64,000 nt of DNA from Lama guanicoe (taxonomy: Eukaryota), in NCBI GenBank assembly GCA_013239625.1, contig MU054220.1, positions 7,041,367-7,105,366 on the forward strand. Direction: 5' to 3'. Each line of letters opens with the position of its first letter. The stretch's first letter is position 1. Positions 13,555 to 26,200 of this stretch are shown here, piece by piece. The notes under the pieces are model-generated. The model saw nothing but the letters and a program-made list of their open reading frames with translations, ran no database searches and was not told the DNA's origin. A program made the translations under genes and the position numbers.

Positions 13555-13572
13555 ATCCTGCTGGCCACACCA
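13555..13572 (-). other. ERV primer-binding site, tRNA-Ser type
   Basis: Minus-strand TGGTGTGGCCAGCAGGAT, 2 nt after the LTR's CA. 14/18 match to TGGCGTAGTCGGCAGGAT, the complement of the tRNA-Ser 3' end as I recall it. Confidence 0.8.
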
Positions 13573-13574
13573 AA

Positions 13575-14093
13575 TGTCAAGGAGAGGGAAATTTCTTCCT
13601 TACCCGACTAGAGTTCTTTTGGCTGGTCTAATAACTAAATTGACACAGGACAGATTAACAGGAGGGAAAAAAAATGTAATTTGTATACACAGGGTTCTTA
13701 TAGAAATAGAACCCTTGAAATGACTAAAGAAGGTTATCTTTATATCACTTTTAGACCAAAAAAAAAGGGCAGTTATTTGTGAAGATTTAACAAAGGGGCT
13801 TGTGCTTGGGTAGTAGACTTATAAAAAAGAAGCAACAGTGTGTTTTTATGCCTTTCTTAGCCTTGAATTCCATAACTCTGTGATAAGAATGCTTTTTTTT
13901 CTCTCCTCCTGGCACAGAGAGAATGCCTTCACATGGGAGATTTATTTCTCAACTTCAGGGGAAAAGAGGAGAGTGTCAGACTGGTATATTTTATATCATT
14001 TTTTCCATAAACTGTTTCTCAAGTAATTTTAATTCAAAATATTTAACACACCATTGAAGCATATTTTGGGGCAGCCTGCCCTGGGCTCCAATA
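13575..14093 (-). repeat. ERV 5' LTR
   Basis: Homologous to 8871-9398 and followed on the minus strand by the PBS. Confidence 0.92.
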
Positions 14094-14169
14094 ACACTCT
14101 TCAAGGGATTCATGTCTGAAAGAAGGAGCCTCACCTGGCAGCTTAATCTGGTCTGATTTACTTGTTCAT

Positions 14170-14500
14170 TTTATGTATACATTTGATGAGATTCTTCCCT
14201 GATACCTATACATCACCTACATTTGGCCTCTCCTCGACCTTCACTGCCACGGCACCATTCTTCACAATACTGACCACAGTGTGTTATTATCAGGTTGTTT
14301 TGTTCTGCATATTTGCATATTGGCCCTCTCTCCTCCCTGGAATGTAAATTCCAAGGGGACATGTACCTAGTCTGGCTTCCTCATATATATTTATCCCTTT
14401 CATATTTCTTAAAGAGAACCCAGCACACAGCAGGCCCTTCTGAAGCTTAGTTGAATGACTAAATGTTTTTTTTAAATGAATGAATGATTGAATAAAAGAC
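14170..14500 (+). mobile_element. L2 LINE 3' end relic
   Basis: ggaatgtaaattccaagggg...cccagcacacagcaggccc...gttgaatgactaaatg...aatgaatgaatga, the L2 tail. Confidence 0.75.
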
Positions 14501-15383
14501 ATTCGTATGTCCTACTCTAGAACTTATGCTGAAAAGCATTACTAAACTAACAGGAATACAATACAGTGCTTTCAGTGAGTGCTTCTAGGCACCACAAACC
14601 CTTACATTTTTTTATAAACTAAAATTACAAAGTGTCCTTATGTTCACGATCTCATTTGAGGCTTGTAATTGTTAACCTTGGGCATCCCGGTCCAAGTCCA
14701 ATTCTGTCCAATATAGAACAATAGATAAATACTATAATTTTAAGGAAAACAAATATGGATTTGACACTAGTAATCATGCCCTGTAAAAAAGCAAACGGTA
14801 AAGAAAAGAAAAATATTTTAAAAGTTAGTAATTTCCTCTTCCCTTCTACTGGGCATTGTAATAGCACTTCTCTGAAGTAATCAGCATTAACAGCATGAAG
14901 TACACGCCTTCCAAAACTTTACTAATATTTCAAAGGCTCAGTTATGCCAGTTCCCTCCAGTGCTCCTCCTTACCTTTGATACGCATCTGTGTGTCAATGA
15001 AAAGGAAGTGGAAAGGAAAAGAAACCAAAAAAATAATCTAAAGTCCTTTGTTTAGGGAAGCAATTTTGCCTAATATTTTTTTCTTTTAATATTTTGAATA
15101 GATTCTTACCAGATTCCTCTGTGCCCCAAAGTAAACATTAAATTTACTAAATTAACCAGAATGAGGAAATACTTTTTTTTAACTTGTCATCTCTCCAGCC
15201 TCGTTCTCTGGAAGTCCTACCTGTTCTAAAAAACTGAGTCTCCAGTATACGAACTCAACTGCAGAGAGGAGCTCAGGGGGCCCCGGCAGGGTTAAGGCTT
15301 CCTAAGCCACTGTGGCTTCTGCAGTGGAACGTGCTTCTGGCCGGAGTCCACAGGGTAACTTTCCTCCCCTAAAAGGAGGACTT

Positions 15384-15397
15384 TAAAGAAAATGTGA

Positions 15398-15431
<34 letters not shown>

Positions 15432-15902
15432 TGTGTGCATATGTAAAATATGGAAGGTTACTCAGCCATGAAAACAATGAAATAATGCCATTTACAGCAA
15501 CATGGAAGGACCTAGAGATTATTATACTAAGTGAAGTATACTGAGTCAGACAGAGAAAGACAAATATCATAGTATATCCCTTATATATGGAATCAAAAAA
15601 AAATGATGAACTTATTTCCAAAACGCAAACAGACTCACATAGAAAACAAACTTACGGTTACCAAAGTGGGAAGGAAAGGGAAAGGGAAAATTAGGAGCTT
15701 GAGATTTGCAGATACTAACTACTATATATAAAATAGATAAACAAGGTCCTGCTGTACAGCATAGGGAACTATATTCAATATCTTGTAATAATCTATAATG
15801 AAACATAATATATTATAACTGAATTACTATGCTGTCCACCAGAAACTAACACAACATTATAAATCAACTAAACTTCAACAAAAATTATTTTTTTAATTTT
15901 TT
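15384..15902 (+). mobile_element. 5'-truncated L1 3' end (artiodactyl/camelid-type) with internal (TG)n
   Basis: tactcagccatgaaaacaatgaaataatgccatttacagcaacatggaaggacctagagattattatactaagtgaag...ataaatcaactaaacttcaa. Imperfect TSD aaaaggaggactt (15371-15383) / aaaagaaggattt (15903-15915). Confidence 0.92.
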
Positions 15903-16002
15903 AAAAGAAGGATTTAAAAATATGTTCTCTGAGAAATGTACTCATTTAGTCTAGATGAATGTTTGCTTTAGATTATTTTTTGATTCCTATTTCTATTTAG
16001 AT

Positions 16003-16401
16003 GGTTAAAAAACAAAAGTTAATTGAGTAAATTTTAAAGGTCTTACTGGCTTTATCCAACAAATCATGAATCAGGCAGCATCCAATCTAGCAGAGAGAAA
16101 GGAGCTCTGAGGAGCTGTACAAAATGAGACACTTTGAAAGGAGCAGAAATGAGGAAGAATTAGCAAGAAATGAGCAGAACTAGCAAGAAAGGGGACTGGT
16201 TATTGCAAGGTTTCTTTACTTTAGGTACAACCAGGCTCTGTCGGTGGATTACCTAACCAGTGCTGATCAGGTGATGCCTGACTTACTGGCTTGACAATCC
16301 ATTTCTAGGAGATCTGAAACTTAATTAATTAAGTCTCGGTTTGGTGACATGGGGCTTGGCCTAAATAACTCCATTTGGGGCCTGTTGTCTTGTTTTTAAT
16401 G
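16003..16401 (-). mobile_element. ERV1-type solo LTR
   Basis: About 400 bp with degenerate inverted termini (ggttaaaaa...ttttaatg) and near-TSD agat/agac. Internal ggctttatccaacaaatcatgaatcaggcagcatcc is typical of reverse-oriented ERV1 LTRs. Confidence 0.7.
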
Positions 16402-17864
16402 AGACTGATGTGCAAAAAAACCTTAAAACTTTTAGAACAAGGGAAACTGAGAGCTCAGGGAACTTGAGACCCCTGCGTTTTAAGTAAGGAATAGGAGAAC
16501 TAGTGAGAAAAAGTAACCTGTGTTCAGTCTCACAATCAGGGGCAAATCAAGACTGAAATCCTTACAGATTCCAAAATTACTCTTCTTCCCACGGCACCTG
16601 TGCTGTGAAGGCGGCTGCTAAGGGCTCCCCAAAGATGGATTTCTTTTATGAACTTTCAAAACTACAGGATGGCTAGACCCAGCAAACCAAAAAAAAAAAA
16701 AAATTATATGGCAATCACATAAAAGAAAGAGAGGAAGGAAATCAAACCATATTTTTTAAATGAAGATAAATAATTGGAGGGCTTGTCTTAAGAGGGGAAT
16801 AATGGGAAAGAGGACCACAGTGAAAACAGTTGCATTATTCTGAAAGCAAAGGTGGGTGGGTAGTTAGCACACAGCACAACCCTGTTAAGTAAGAAGAGGA
16901 TATTGCTGAGAACAGACAGGTTGCACCCAGGTCCCTCGCATTAGTTTCTCGCAGAGAGGATGTAACTGGTGAATGGAAGGGTGAGCAGCCTTCTCTGAGT
17001 TAAGTAGACTGATCTTGCTTCTCATCATCTATATCCTGCCAAACTCAACAGCACCATCTTTGAGCAGAAAGAGCTCATTCTTGGCATCCTTCCTTTTCAC
17101 TTAAAACCGCATCATTTATGATGACTAAGAATCCTAGAATCAAAACTAAAAGGGACCTTCAGTGACATCCAGTTCAACCTCCTCCTTTGATAGATAAATC
17201 CCAGAAATTAATGAAACAAACTGGAGAGAATGAAAGTCATGTGTGAGGAGAGTGGGCTGTCAGTGTCTGACTTGGGTAAATCGAATGGCTATGGCCTTAG
17301 CACCTGAACCTAACTGAATTATCGCCGGAATTGGAAAGAATAGAAATGAAAAAGCATCAACCCGTTTGTTTGCATTCTGTGTCCATGGTGGCATAAGCTT
17401 GCTCTGCTCATTTGGTGCATATTAATGAAGTTGACCCTAGGGCAGGATAAATTAGAAAGTATTCTGTGGGATGTTTGTCTAAGATGAGAGGAGTTTAAAT
17501 AAGCTGTAATATTTACGGAGTCTCTTTCCTCCCAAAGCACACAAGCGTCTACATCCCTCTCGATTTCAGGGCTGAGTGCCTATCACTGTATCACCATTTT
17601 CATTTTACAGATAAGGAGAGCATGTGACAGAGAGGAAAGGTTTGAACCTGGCTAATTTTTCTCTTAATCCTGCTTTTTGTCAGTCCAATTTCTAGCTATT
17701 AGAATACAGCCTATTAAACTCCGGGCCTTTGTAAAAATTGGTGCCTCAAATTGAGCCGGGAGCGAGCATTCCTGAAAAATTTTCCCCAGTGGTTACTGAA
17801 GCTTCCTTTTTTTATATACTTGGTTTCACTTATGAGGTTGGGGTTAAAAAACAATCTGTTTTGA

Positions 17865-18030
17865 TCTATTGAATTATATTCAGTACCTTGTAATGATCCA
17901 CAATGAAAAAGAAAACAAAAAGGAGTATGTATGGATATGTATCAATGAATTACTATGAGGTACACCAGAAATTAGCACATTATTGTAAATCGACTCTAGT
18001 TCAATGCACAGTATTTTTAATAAAAAAAAA
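17865..18030 (+). mobile_element. Short L1 3' terminal fragment with A tail
   Basis: attcagtaccttgtaatg...tgaattactatgaggtacaccagaaattagcacattattgtaaatcgact, then poly(A). Flanked by similar aaaa..ctgttt motifs. Confidence 0.8.
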
Positions 18031-18165
18031 CTGTTTCAGAATATGAGCTAGATAGACACACACATCTATGCATATATATATAATTTAATATTAGTTTATA
18101 ATTACAATATAGAAGGAAAGAGCTCTCTGTGTCACACATACACACGCATCTCTGCCAATGCTTCC

Positions 18166-18710
18166 TGTGACAGGTAATTTTATCTGTCACCTGATTAGGC
18201 TACAGTGCCTAGATGTTTGGTCAGACACCAAGCCAGATGTTTCTGTGAAGGTGTATTTTTGATGAGATTAACACTTCAGTCAGTGGGCCTTGAGTGAAGC
18301 ATCTCATCCTCCATAACATGGATGCTCTTCACTCAATCAGTTGAAGGTCGTAAGGGAAAATACTGAAGTTCCCCGTGGAGGAGGGAATTCTGTCTCCAGA
18401 CAGACCACCTTCAGACTCAAGACTCAAGACTCTAGCATCAACCCCTGCCAGAATATTCAGCCTGCTGGCCTGCCTTGCAGCTTTCAGGCTTGCTAGCCTC
18501 CACAACTGTGTGAGCCAACTCCTTAAAACAAATCTTTCTCTCTCTATGTATATATAAACACTTATATATAGTCTGTAAACATATACATATATACACACAT
18601 ATATATCTACACATACATATGTACATATATATACACACATACATATATACATATATACATATATATCTCCACCTTCTATTCTGTTGGTTCTTCCGAAGAA
18701 CTCTAATAGA
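18166..18710 (+). mobile_element. ERVL solo LTR (MLT2B-like) with internal TA/CA microsatellite
   Basis: tgtgacaggtaattttatctgtcacctgattaggctacagtgcctagatgtttggtcagacac...gatgagattaacac...ctctaataga. (TA/CA)n at ~18545-18666. Confidence 0.9.
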
Positions 18711-20459
18711 ATTTCCAGCTTATGTAAATAAATAAAAGAATTTAGCACACAAGACAGCTACAAAATACAGGAGTAAAGTTGTATCTCCTCCCAATTGCAA
18801 TGCTCTTGAGCTCTAGGCTCTCAGGATATGCAGATGCTTTTAGTACAAACGTCCACTCAAATGCTTCCTTACTACCAGATTTACACACGCTTGCCATATT
18901 GAGCCTCTAGGGAATTCCTTTACTTTCCCAGGAACTCCATCATGTACTCAAAAACAAAAAAACAAGCAAACAAAACAACCCACCATGATTCCAGGTGTGA
19001 TAACCTGGGAGGGATATACATCTGTATTGCTAAACAGCATGCCTTGGTCTGCCTTTGTGTTGCTTCTGTGTTTTCTGCAGGGAGTGTTATACCAAGAGAT
19101 GGTATTTTGGCATGGTTGGGGTCCTACAAAAATTTTGAAAATAACAGATTTCTTATTACACTTCTATCCATCTGTATATACTTTCTCCTAAAGATCTTCT
19201 CATTTTTGTTTAATGGCATATTTGCAAACATTCAAGTCTCCAGATTGTTTAAACAAACGGAGTCCTGGTAACATTACATCCTCAACTGGGGAATCAGGAC
19301 CCAGGCTACTATTCCTATGTTTCCAGTGTCCTAAAAGCTCAGACTTTCCTCTCCTTTCCCTCTCATCGTATATATTCACCACCTGCTATGCTGTGAGCCG
19401 TCCATAGTTCTAATATGAGCCTCCTTTTGTTGGTAACATTGTACTAGTGCTCGTGGAACAGAGATGCACATGACATTGTCACCATGCCTGAGTGGTTAAC
19501 AAGGCAGTTCAGCCTAGTTCAGGATAATAATAACAATTAAAAAGAAGAAATCAGCCACAGAAGCAAAACAAAGGAGGAGGAGGTTTTGAAACAAAGGAGA
19601 AAAAAAGGGTTTTTCAACTTACTCTGAGCTTTGCACCTCTTATACAAATTCCCCACTGCTGCTCTCCACTCTCCAGCCCGGCTCCAGGAAAGCTGCCTCA
19701 GAACCCACAGCCAGCCCCAAAACTGAGGTCCAGAGGTTGGGGGGGCTTGGCAGCCCTTCCCTGAGAAATACACGGCTTTCTCTTCTTGGTAATGGTAGTG
19801 TGGCTGCATCTTTTCCTTGAAAGAAAATTGAAGCTCGTATGAATCAAGTCAAACATTCATGCCTCATCAAACAAAAGCACAGTTTATTAAAATGTAAATG
19901 ATCATATATTCATTTGGTAAATTAAACATGACATGTCCAGGCCCATGACTTGAAAAGACTGGTTTAAACTGAAATGAACAAAACTTGCAAATTGCTTGGA
20001 AGGTACTGAATATGAATCTTCACGAGATGGTACAGAATATCGTGGTTCTATTGCATTTGATCAAGTAACTCTTCGTTGATCAAAATTTTTGAAGGTCTAG
20101 GCTTTCCTAGCACATATATTGGTAAATTTCATAAGGCTCTTCCTAAAAGAAGTGGCCAAAGTTCTACAAATTTCCCCTTTACTTTGATTTATTTCCAGCC
20201 CTAAGTGGATAATAATAGTCTGACAGCCTACCCGCCCTTAATAACACTGCTCAGAAATCAACTTCTTGAAACTTCGTTTCACCTCCCATGGAGAAAGCCA
20301 CCTTCTCTTTTTGCCATCAATTTAAATTGAACTCAATATCTATAGGGAGTATTTGTCAATTGCCTTCCTAGGATCCATATGTCATCACAACATCCTACTA
20401 CCACACCTGTCCCCTTCACTAACACATATACACACATTCACACCTTTCTCTGGCCATCA

Positions 20460-20930
20460 ATACTGTTGTCTCCCACGAGGAATGTGCTCCTTCCCCATTG
20501 TCAACCAGGTAGTTTGGGAGAATTTACCCAAACCCAAGCTCTAAGAATTGGTCAGCACGTCCCATCCCTTTTCCCACAACTGCTTGTTCAATGATAGGCA
20601 CAAGAGCCAATGAAAGCCAGGTAAATCTTGGGTCTTGTTTGATGCCCATTGTGTGAAACATTTTATTTGAAAAATGATCTAGGAAGAGGATGATGTGAGA
20701 CTCAAAGGCTCTCTAGCCATTTTTTGATCCCAAAAGGGCTTTGGGGAAGGTTTTTTTTTGGTGGACTTTTGGGGAAGGAGCTTCTGGCAATAAGAATGAT
20801 GGCATTAAAGAAAGAAAAAACTGCTCCTTGGTGCCACTGGGTCAATTCTAGCTGAGTTAACTCTACTTTTTTTTTTTTTTAGTTTGTGGTTGTGCAAGTC
20901 AATAATTATCCATTTTGTTCCATACCTTTC
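20460..20930 (+). mobile_element. Old MaLR LTR (MLT1J/K-like) relic
   Basis: ttttcccacaactgcttgttcaatgataggcacaagagccaatgaaagccagg...gtgcaagtcaataattatccattttgtt. Confidence 0.5.
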
Positions 20931-21240
20931 AATTCTATATTTTAATGATTAGTAAGACCAAGGTTCTGGGAAGCTACATATCTTGCCTGAGATCACACAA
21001 GCCAGCAAGTAGAAGACTGGAGAGTCAAAGCTAGGCAACTGGGCAAAGACTATGCTTGACTTTATCTTACCAGTTTATAGCAGAGGCAGCGTTCAGTCCC
21101 AGATCTGTCTCAGTTAAGAGTCCACATGCTTGCCATAATGCTCCCCCAAAGTTTTGGGAACCCAGAAGTTCTGAGTTCTCTTTCTGATTTTGCCATGAAT
21201 AGTGTGTCCTTGAACAAGTAGGTTAACTCTGACCCTCATC

Positions 21241-22810
21241 AGGTTGTTGCCTTTTTGATGTTGAATTGTATGAGTTCTTTGCGTATTTTGAATATTAATC
21301 AGAGATACCGTTTACAAGTATCTTCTTCCATTCAGCAGGCTGCCTTTTCATTTTGTTGATGATTTCCTTCACTGTGCAAAAGGTTTTTAGTTTGAGGTAG
21401 TCCCATTTATTTTTCACTTTAGCCTTTGTGTCCCTTGCCTGAGGAGATAAACCACCCCCCCAAAAAAGATATTGCTAAGACGAATGCACTAATATGAGAG
21501 TGTACTGCCTATGTTTTCTTCTAGGAGTTTTATGGTTTCTGGTCTTAACATTTAAGTCATAATCCATCTTGAGTTTATTTTTGTAAATTATGTGAAAAAG
21601 TAGTTCATTTTCATTCTTTTGCATGTAGCTGTCTAGTTCTTCCAACATCATCTATTGAAGAGACTTTCTTTTCCCCATTGTGTATTCTTGCCTCCTTTGC
21701 TGTGGAGTAATTGACTATATAAGCATGGGTTTATTTCTGGGCTCTCTATCCTGTTCCATTGACCTACGTGTCTGTTTTTGTGCTTGTACCACATAGTTTT
21801 GATTACTGTAACTGGGGTTAATATCTAAAATGTACAACTCAACATCCACAAAATCTGATTAAAAATTAGAAAAAATAGGCACAGTATCTAAACAGACATT
21901 TTTCAAAAGAACATGTATAGATGTCCAGCAGACACATGAAGAGATGCTTAACATCACTGTTCATCAAGGAAGTACAGTCAAAATCACAGTGAGTTACCAT
22001 TGCATACCATCATCAAAAAAAGGACAATAAATAACAAGTGCTGGTGAAGATGTGGTGAAGAAAGAAACTTCATGCACTGTTGATGGAAATGTAAATTAGT
22101 GCTAACACTATGGAAAATGGTATGGAGGCTCCTCAAAAAATTAAGAAGAGAACTACCATGTGATCCAGCAATTACACTCCTGGGTATTTACCTAAAGAAA
22201 ACAAAATCACAAGTTTGAAAAGATACAGGCACCCCAGTGTTCACTGCAGCATTATCTACAATAGCCAAGATAAGGACGTGATCTAAATGTTCATCAGTCG
22301 ATAAATAAGATGTGCTATATATATGTGTGTCTGTGTATATATAGGTATATATACATATATCCAATGGAATGTTACTCAGCCATAAAACAATGAAACCTTG
22401 CCATTTGCAATCACATGAATGAATCTGAAGAGTATTATGTTAAGTGAAATAAGTCAGGCAATCACAAATGCTATATGACCTCACTTGTATGTGGAATCTA
22501 AAAAAAAACCCAAATAAAGCAAAAACAGATTCAGAGATACGGGAACAAATGACTAGTTGTCAGAGGGTAGGGCAGTGGCACGTGAGCAAAATAGGTGAAG
22601 TGGATTAAAAGATACAGAGCTCTAGTTATATAATAAATAAGCCATGAGGATTTAATATACATCATAAGGAATATGCTTAATCATGTTGTAATAACTTTGT
22701 GTAAGGGCAGATGGTTACCAGACTTACAACGCTGATCATAGCATAATGGATGCAAATGTTAAATCACTATGCAATACAACTGAAATGAACATAATATGGT
22801 ATAGCAACGT
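21241..22810 (+). mobile_element. L1 3' portion with 5' inversion (twin priming)
   Basis: 21241-~21811 is antisense ORF2 C-terminal sequence. ~21812-22810 is sense ORF2 end plus 3' UTR. The insertion splits a MIR (21160-21240 / 22835-22890). Confidence 0.9.
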
Positions 22811-23075
22811 TTTGTTTGTTCTTTTTTTTTGAGTCCATGCCCATCAGTATAATCTATAAAAAGAAAAGTTTAGGACTTAGCATTTAGTCACAGAAAGATA
22901 GTTTTGAAAAACTGTTTACTGTAGATATGTTTATGTTAGAAATACCATTTGGGTTTGCTGTCAGTAGAATGGAATTGGAAATGAATTTGTATTAGTCTTC
23001 TTTTCGTATTTTGAGGAAATGTACTTGGTTGCTTCAGTACGTCTTTACAGTTGTGTCTGTAGAAAGGCTTTCCCC

Positions 23076-23210
23076 ATGCATTCATCATTCATTCATTCAG
23101 TCATTCACTCTCAAGCCTGCTATATATGCCCTGTATTGTTTTAGGTTCTGGGGGTACAGCAGGTGAAAATGCCATAGCCCCTGCTCTCATGAATCATCTT
23201 TTCTAGTGCA
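23076..23210 (-). mobile_element. L2 3' end relic
   Basis: cattcatcattcattcattcagtcattc...gcctgctatatatgccctgtattgttttaggttctgggggtacagc. Confidence 0.8.
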
Positions 23211-26200
23211 TAATATGTGGGTTGAAAAGATCTAGAGGTTTTATTTAAATATGCTGAAGTTTTTGTGAACTAATTGTTGCTTACCTCAGCTTATTGCAGA
23301 TGTATTTCAAATATGATGTGACTGTGGACTGAAGGATGTACACTTCCCTTAGGTTTGGTGGATGCATATCATATATTAACACAAGAAAGCTCATCCAGAT
23401 CACCCAGAGTACTATCTCAACTGATGGAGATATTCTTTCTCTGGATACTTCTTAAGAAGTTTCACTGAAGTCTCTCTTTCTCCACTTCTTCCACTGTATT
23501 ACTCACGGACCTAAAATGTTTTCCTGGATCATTACTCTTTATTTTAACTCTTTTCTGTATCATGAGCTGATTTTAATTTCAAGCCCAGGCTTTTGTAGGA
23601 GAGAAACTATATATTGCTAACATGGAGCACAATGGTTGATGTATAATGTTTACTCAAGTAACAAAAGAGTGAATGCAATTCAATTCAAGTTGCTGTCGTT
23701 GACCCCACTGAAGCCACCAACCACTTCTGGGATTGGAATATTTGAGGAAGAGAGAACCACCCCAGATATTCCAACTATTGAAATGACTGTTGCAGTTGCC
23801 CTGCTGCTTTCTTTTCTTAGCTTTTCCCTCCTGTGAAAGTGCATTGCTGCTGGAAGGAACTTGACTATAAGGCAGAGGCAGTGAAAGCTCTTTGTCTGTC
23901 TCCAATCCTCAACAGCCCAACAGCCTCTGCAGGCATAATGCAAACTTTGTGTCGTGTTATGGATGTGATTCAACTTTCACCTGGCACAAACAGCTCAAGG
24001 GGTGAAGGGTAGTCAGCACACCTGCAGGTGGCTGGTCTTGCTCTGTGGCACCAACAACAGGGACTCCTAGTGTTGAAGGCTTTGTGTAATGGACATCAGG
24101 CTATGGCAGTAAAATTCTTCCCAAACTCTCACCCCCAAGTAGAGCCTTGTGAATCACCATTTGTCTTCTCTCATGAAGGTTCTGCTTTGTCTCTAATGTA
24201 TCTGCTCCAACTCAGAATGGAGAGAGGCAGTTTTTTTCCAGCTTGGATAGATCGACTGTATAATATAATCATTAAACATCTTACAACTGGTCTGAATTTG
24301 AAGGTGTTGGAAAATTCACAGGAGGCCATTCTTTGTGTGATTTTGGAATTATTGCCAATTACAGATTAGAGCACGGCAGTGTCTGTAATACCATTTAATG
24401 AGGCATAATGCTTCCTTTTGTCATTTTTTTCCCTTTGATTGAGATGGGCACCCTTAAGCCTGCCGACAGATTTCTGAGTGCCGACAATCACCACTCCAGC
24501 AGATGAGAAGGAGTACAACGATGCTGCAAATGAGAGCCAATGAGAACGATAGATCTTTAAATAAATTGCATAAGGCTTCCAAATAGGATGTAATTGGAAG
24601 GTATTCATCAAATTTTGCATTTGGACTCACTAGTAACAAGTACTAAAACACTGAGTAAGAGAACCCTTATCAAATAGAACGCAGTGGTTGTGTATATGCA
24701 TACGGAGGGGGAAGGGTCACAGAAATACTCAGTGGCTAGTTTCCCCAGACCTAGAGACAATTACTGAGAAGAGTATAGAGGCTTTATATTTCTCACACCT
24801 AGAGCGTCTGTGTGTGTGTGCCACTGCCTAGGCTCTTTGGATCTCCCTTACTTTAAATTTCCAAAGAATGTGCTGATAAACTATAGCCAGTCATAGGAAC
24901 AGATATTGTAATAGGATGTACAAACAAAACATGTGGAAGTAAATTTGCCTCTCATTTTTTGTTCTTTGAAAGCCAAGTAAAGGTGAATACATTAGAATAT
25001 AGTAATCATTCAGTATGGTTGGATCCCATGGGATTTTTTTTTTGAGTTTTCTAAGTAATTAGGAATTCTACATTTCTTAATCTTTTTGTAGATTGCTGAA
25101 ATTGACATGTATGGAAACAGACCAGAATGTAGTCGGATCCAATGTTAGAAGACAGGTTTTAGACGCATCGTGAACAGCCTCGATGGTCATTGAAGAAGTC
25201 TAATATTATGGAGGGGGGAAGGTGTCAACAAGAAAAGGGGAGGCTGAGTCAGCAGTTGAATTCCAGTTTGGAGGAAGATTTGATCATGGATGTGGTCAGC
25301 CATCTCTGTGAAGTTGGTGATTGTTTTTTGTTGAATAAACCTGTAGCTAGAAAAAAATTTTTTTAATTAAATATTTATATGAAGGACAGAAAACCTGGAA
25401 TTATAAGGTTTAAGTATGATAGTGGCTTATTTCTTCTGTACATAAACATATCCTGTCCATGACTAGAAATGAAGAATCTGTCATCATCCAGGACCCAACT
25501 TCGTCATCCTCAACATATGTCTTACTTTTTTTATCTTGTATGGTTGCTCCCTTCCAGTGATAATAGTTCCATTCCAGACTCTCAGAAAGAAATAAAGCAA
25601 AAGGAAATTCGCTGTCCTTTGAAGACTGTCTCGTAGAAGTTGCACAACCACTTTAGTTTACATTCTTTTAACCAAAACATGGCTATATCTATCTGCAAAA
25701 AAACAAAGAGAAAGGTAATTTTTGTTCTACTTAGACACATGGTTAGGTAACAGTTGTGAATTATGTTGCTGTAGAAGAAAAGGAGAAAGGACACTACAAG
25801 AAAATAGTGATTTATTCACTAAGATAAAGCATCACTTTTTATTTTCGATTTTACGCAGCACAGTGTCAAATCTATGCACTTAAATGGTGGATTTAATCAA
25901 AGACAAAGACCTGCCAGGAGGAGAGAAGAGTTAAGATCTCGGAATGGTTCTTTGTTAGTGATTAGTGTCCAAGCTAGAAGAATGGAGATAGAAGGTTCTG
26001 TGGATTGAAGTTTCATTGAAGAGGTAGGGGGTAAAAAAAAACTGGTGACTCTCTGGTTGCAGAGTATAAAAGAACTGAAGTTAACACTCATTCTTATTTT
26101 CTCAGTCCAGATATGGTGGCATACTTGACAGAGGAAATTTGATTTGGATCAGGTGAAGGGAGAAATGCCTAAGGGACATTCATGCTGGCTAAATAGTCAA

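Larger units (their letters stand above)
8871..14093 (-). mobile_element. Non-autonomous class I (ERV1, MER4-group-like) endogenous retrovirus with two LTRs
   Basis: Direct repeats of ~520 bp at 8871-9398 and 13575-14093; 4-bp TSD ACAC (8867-8870, 14094-14097); PBS at 13555-13572; PPT at 9399-9410; ~4.2-kb AT-rich internal region without long ORFs. Confidence 0.92.

Noticed and set aside
8825..13723. Two ORFs sharing LLxGLIxKLTQDRLT (8825-9049, 13403-13723)
   Set aside because: Antisense translations of the two LTR copies, not a duplicated gene.
23636..24639. Several 60-113 aa ORFs on both strands
   Set aside because: No recognisable homology, mutually overlapping and no convincing splice boundaries.
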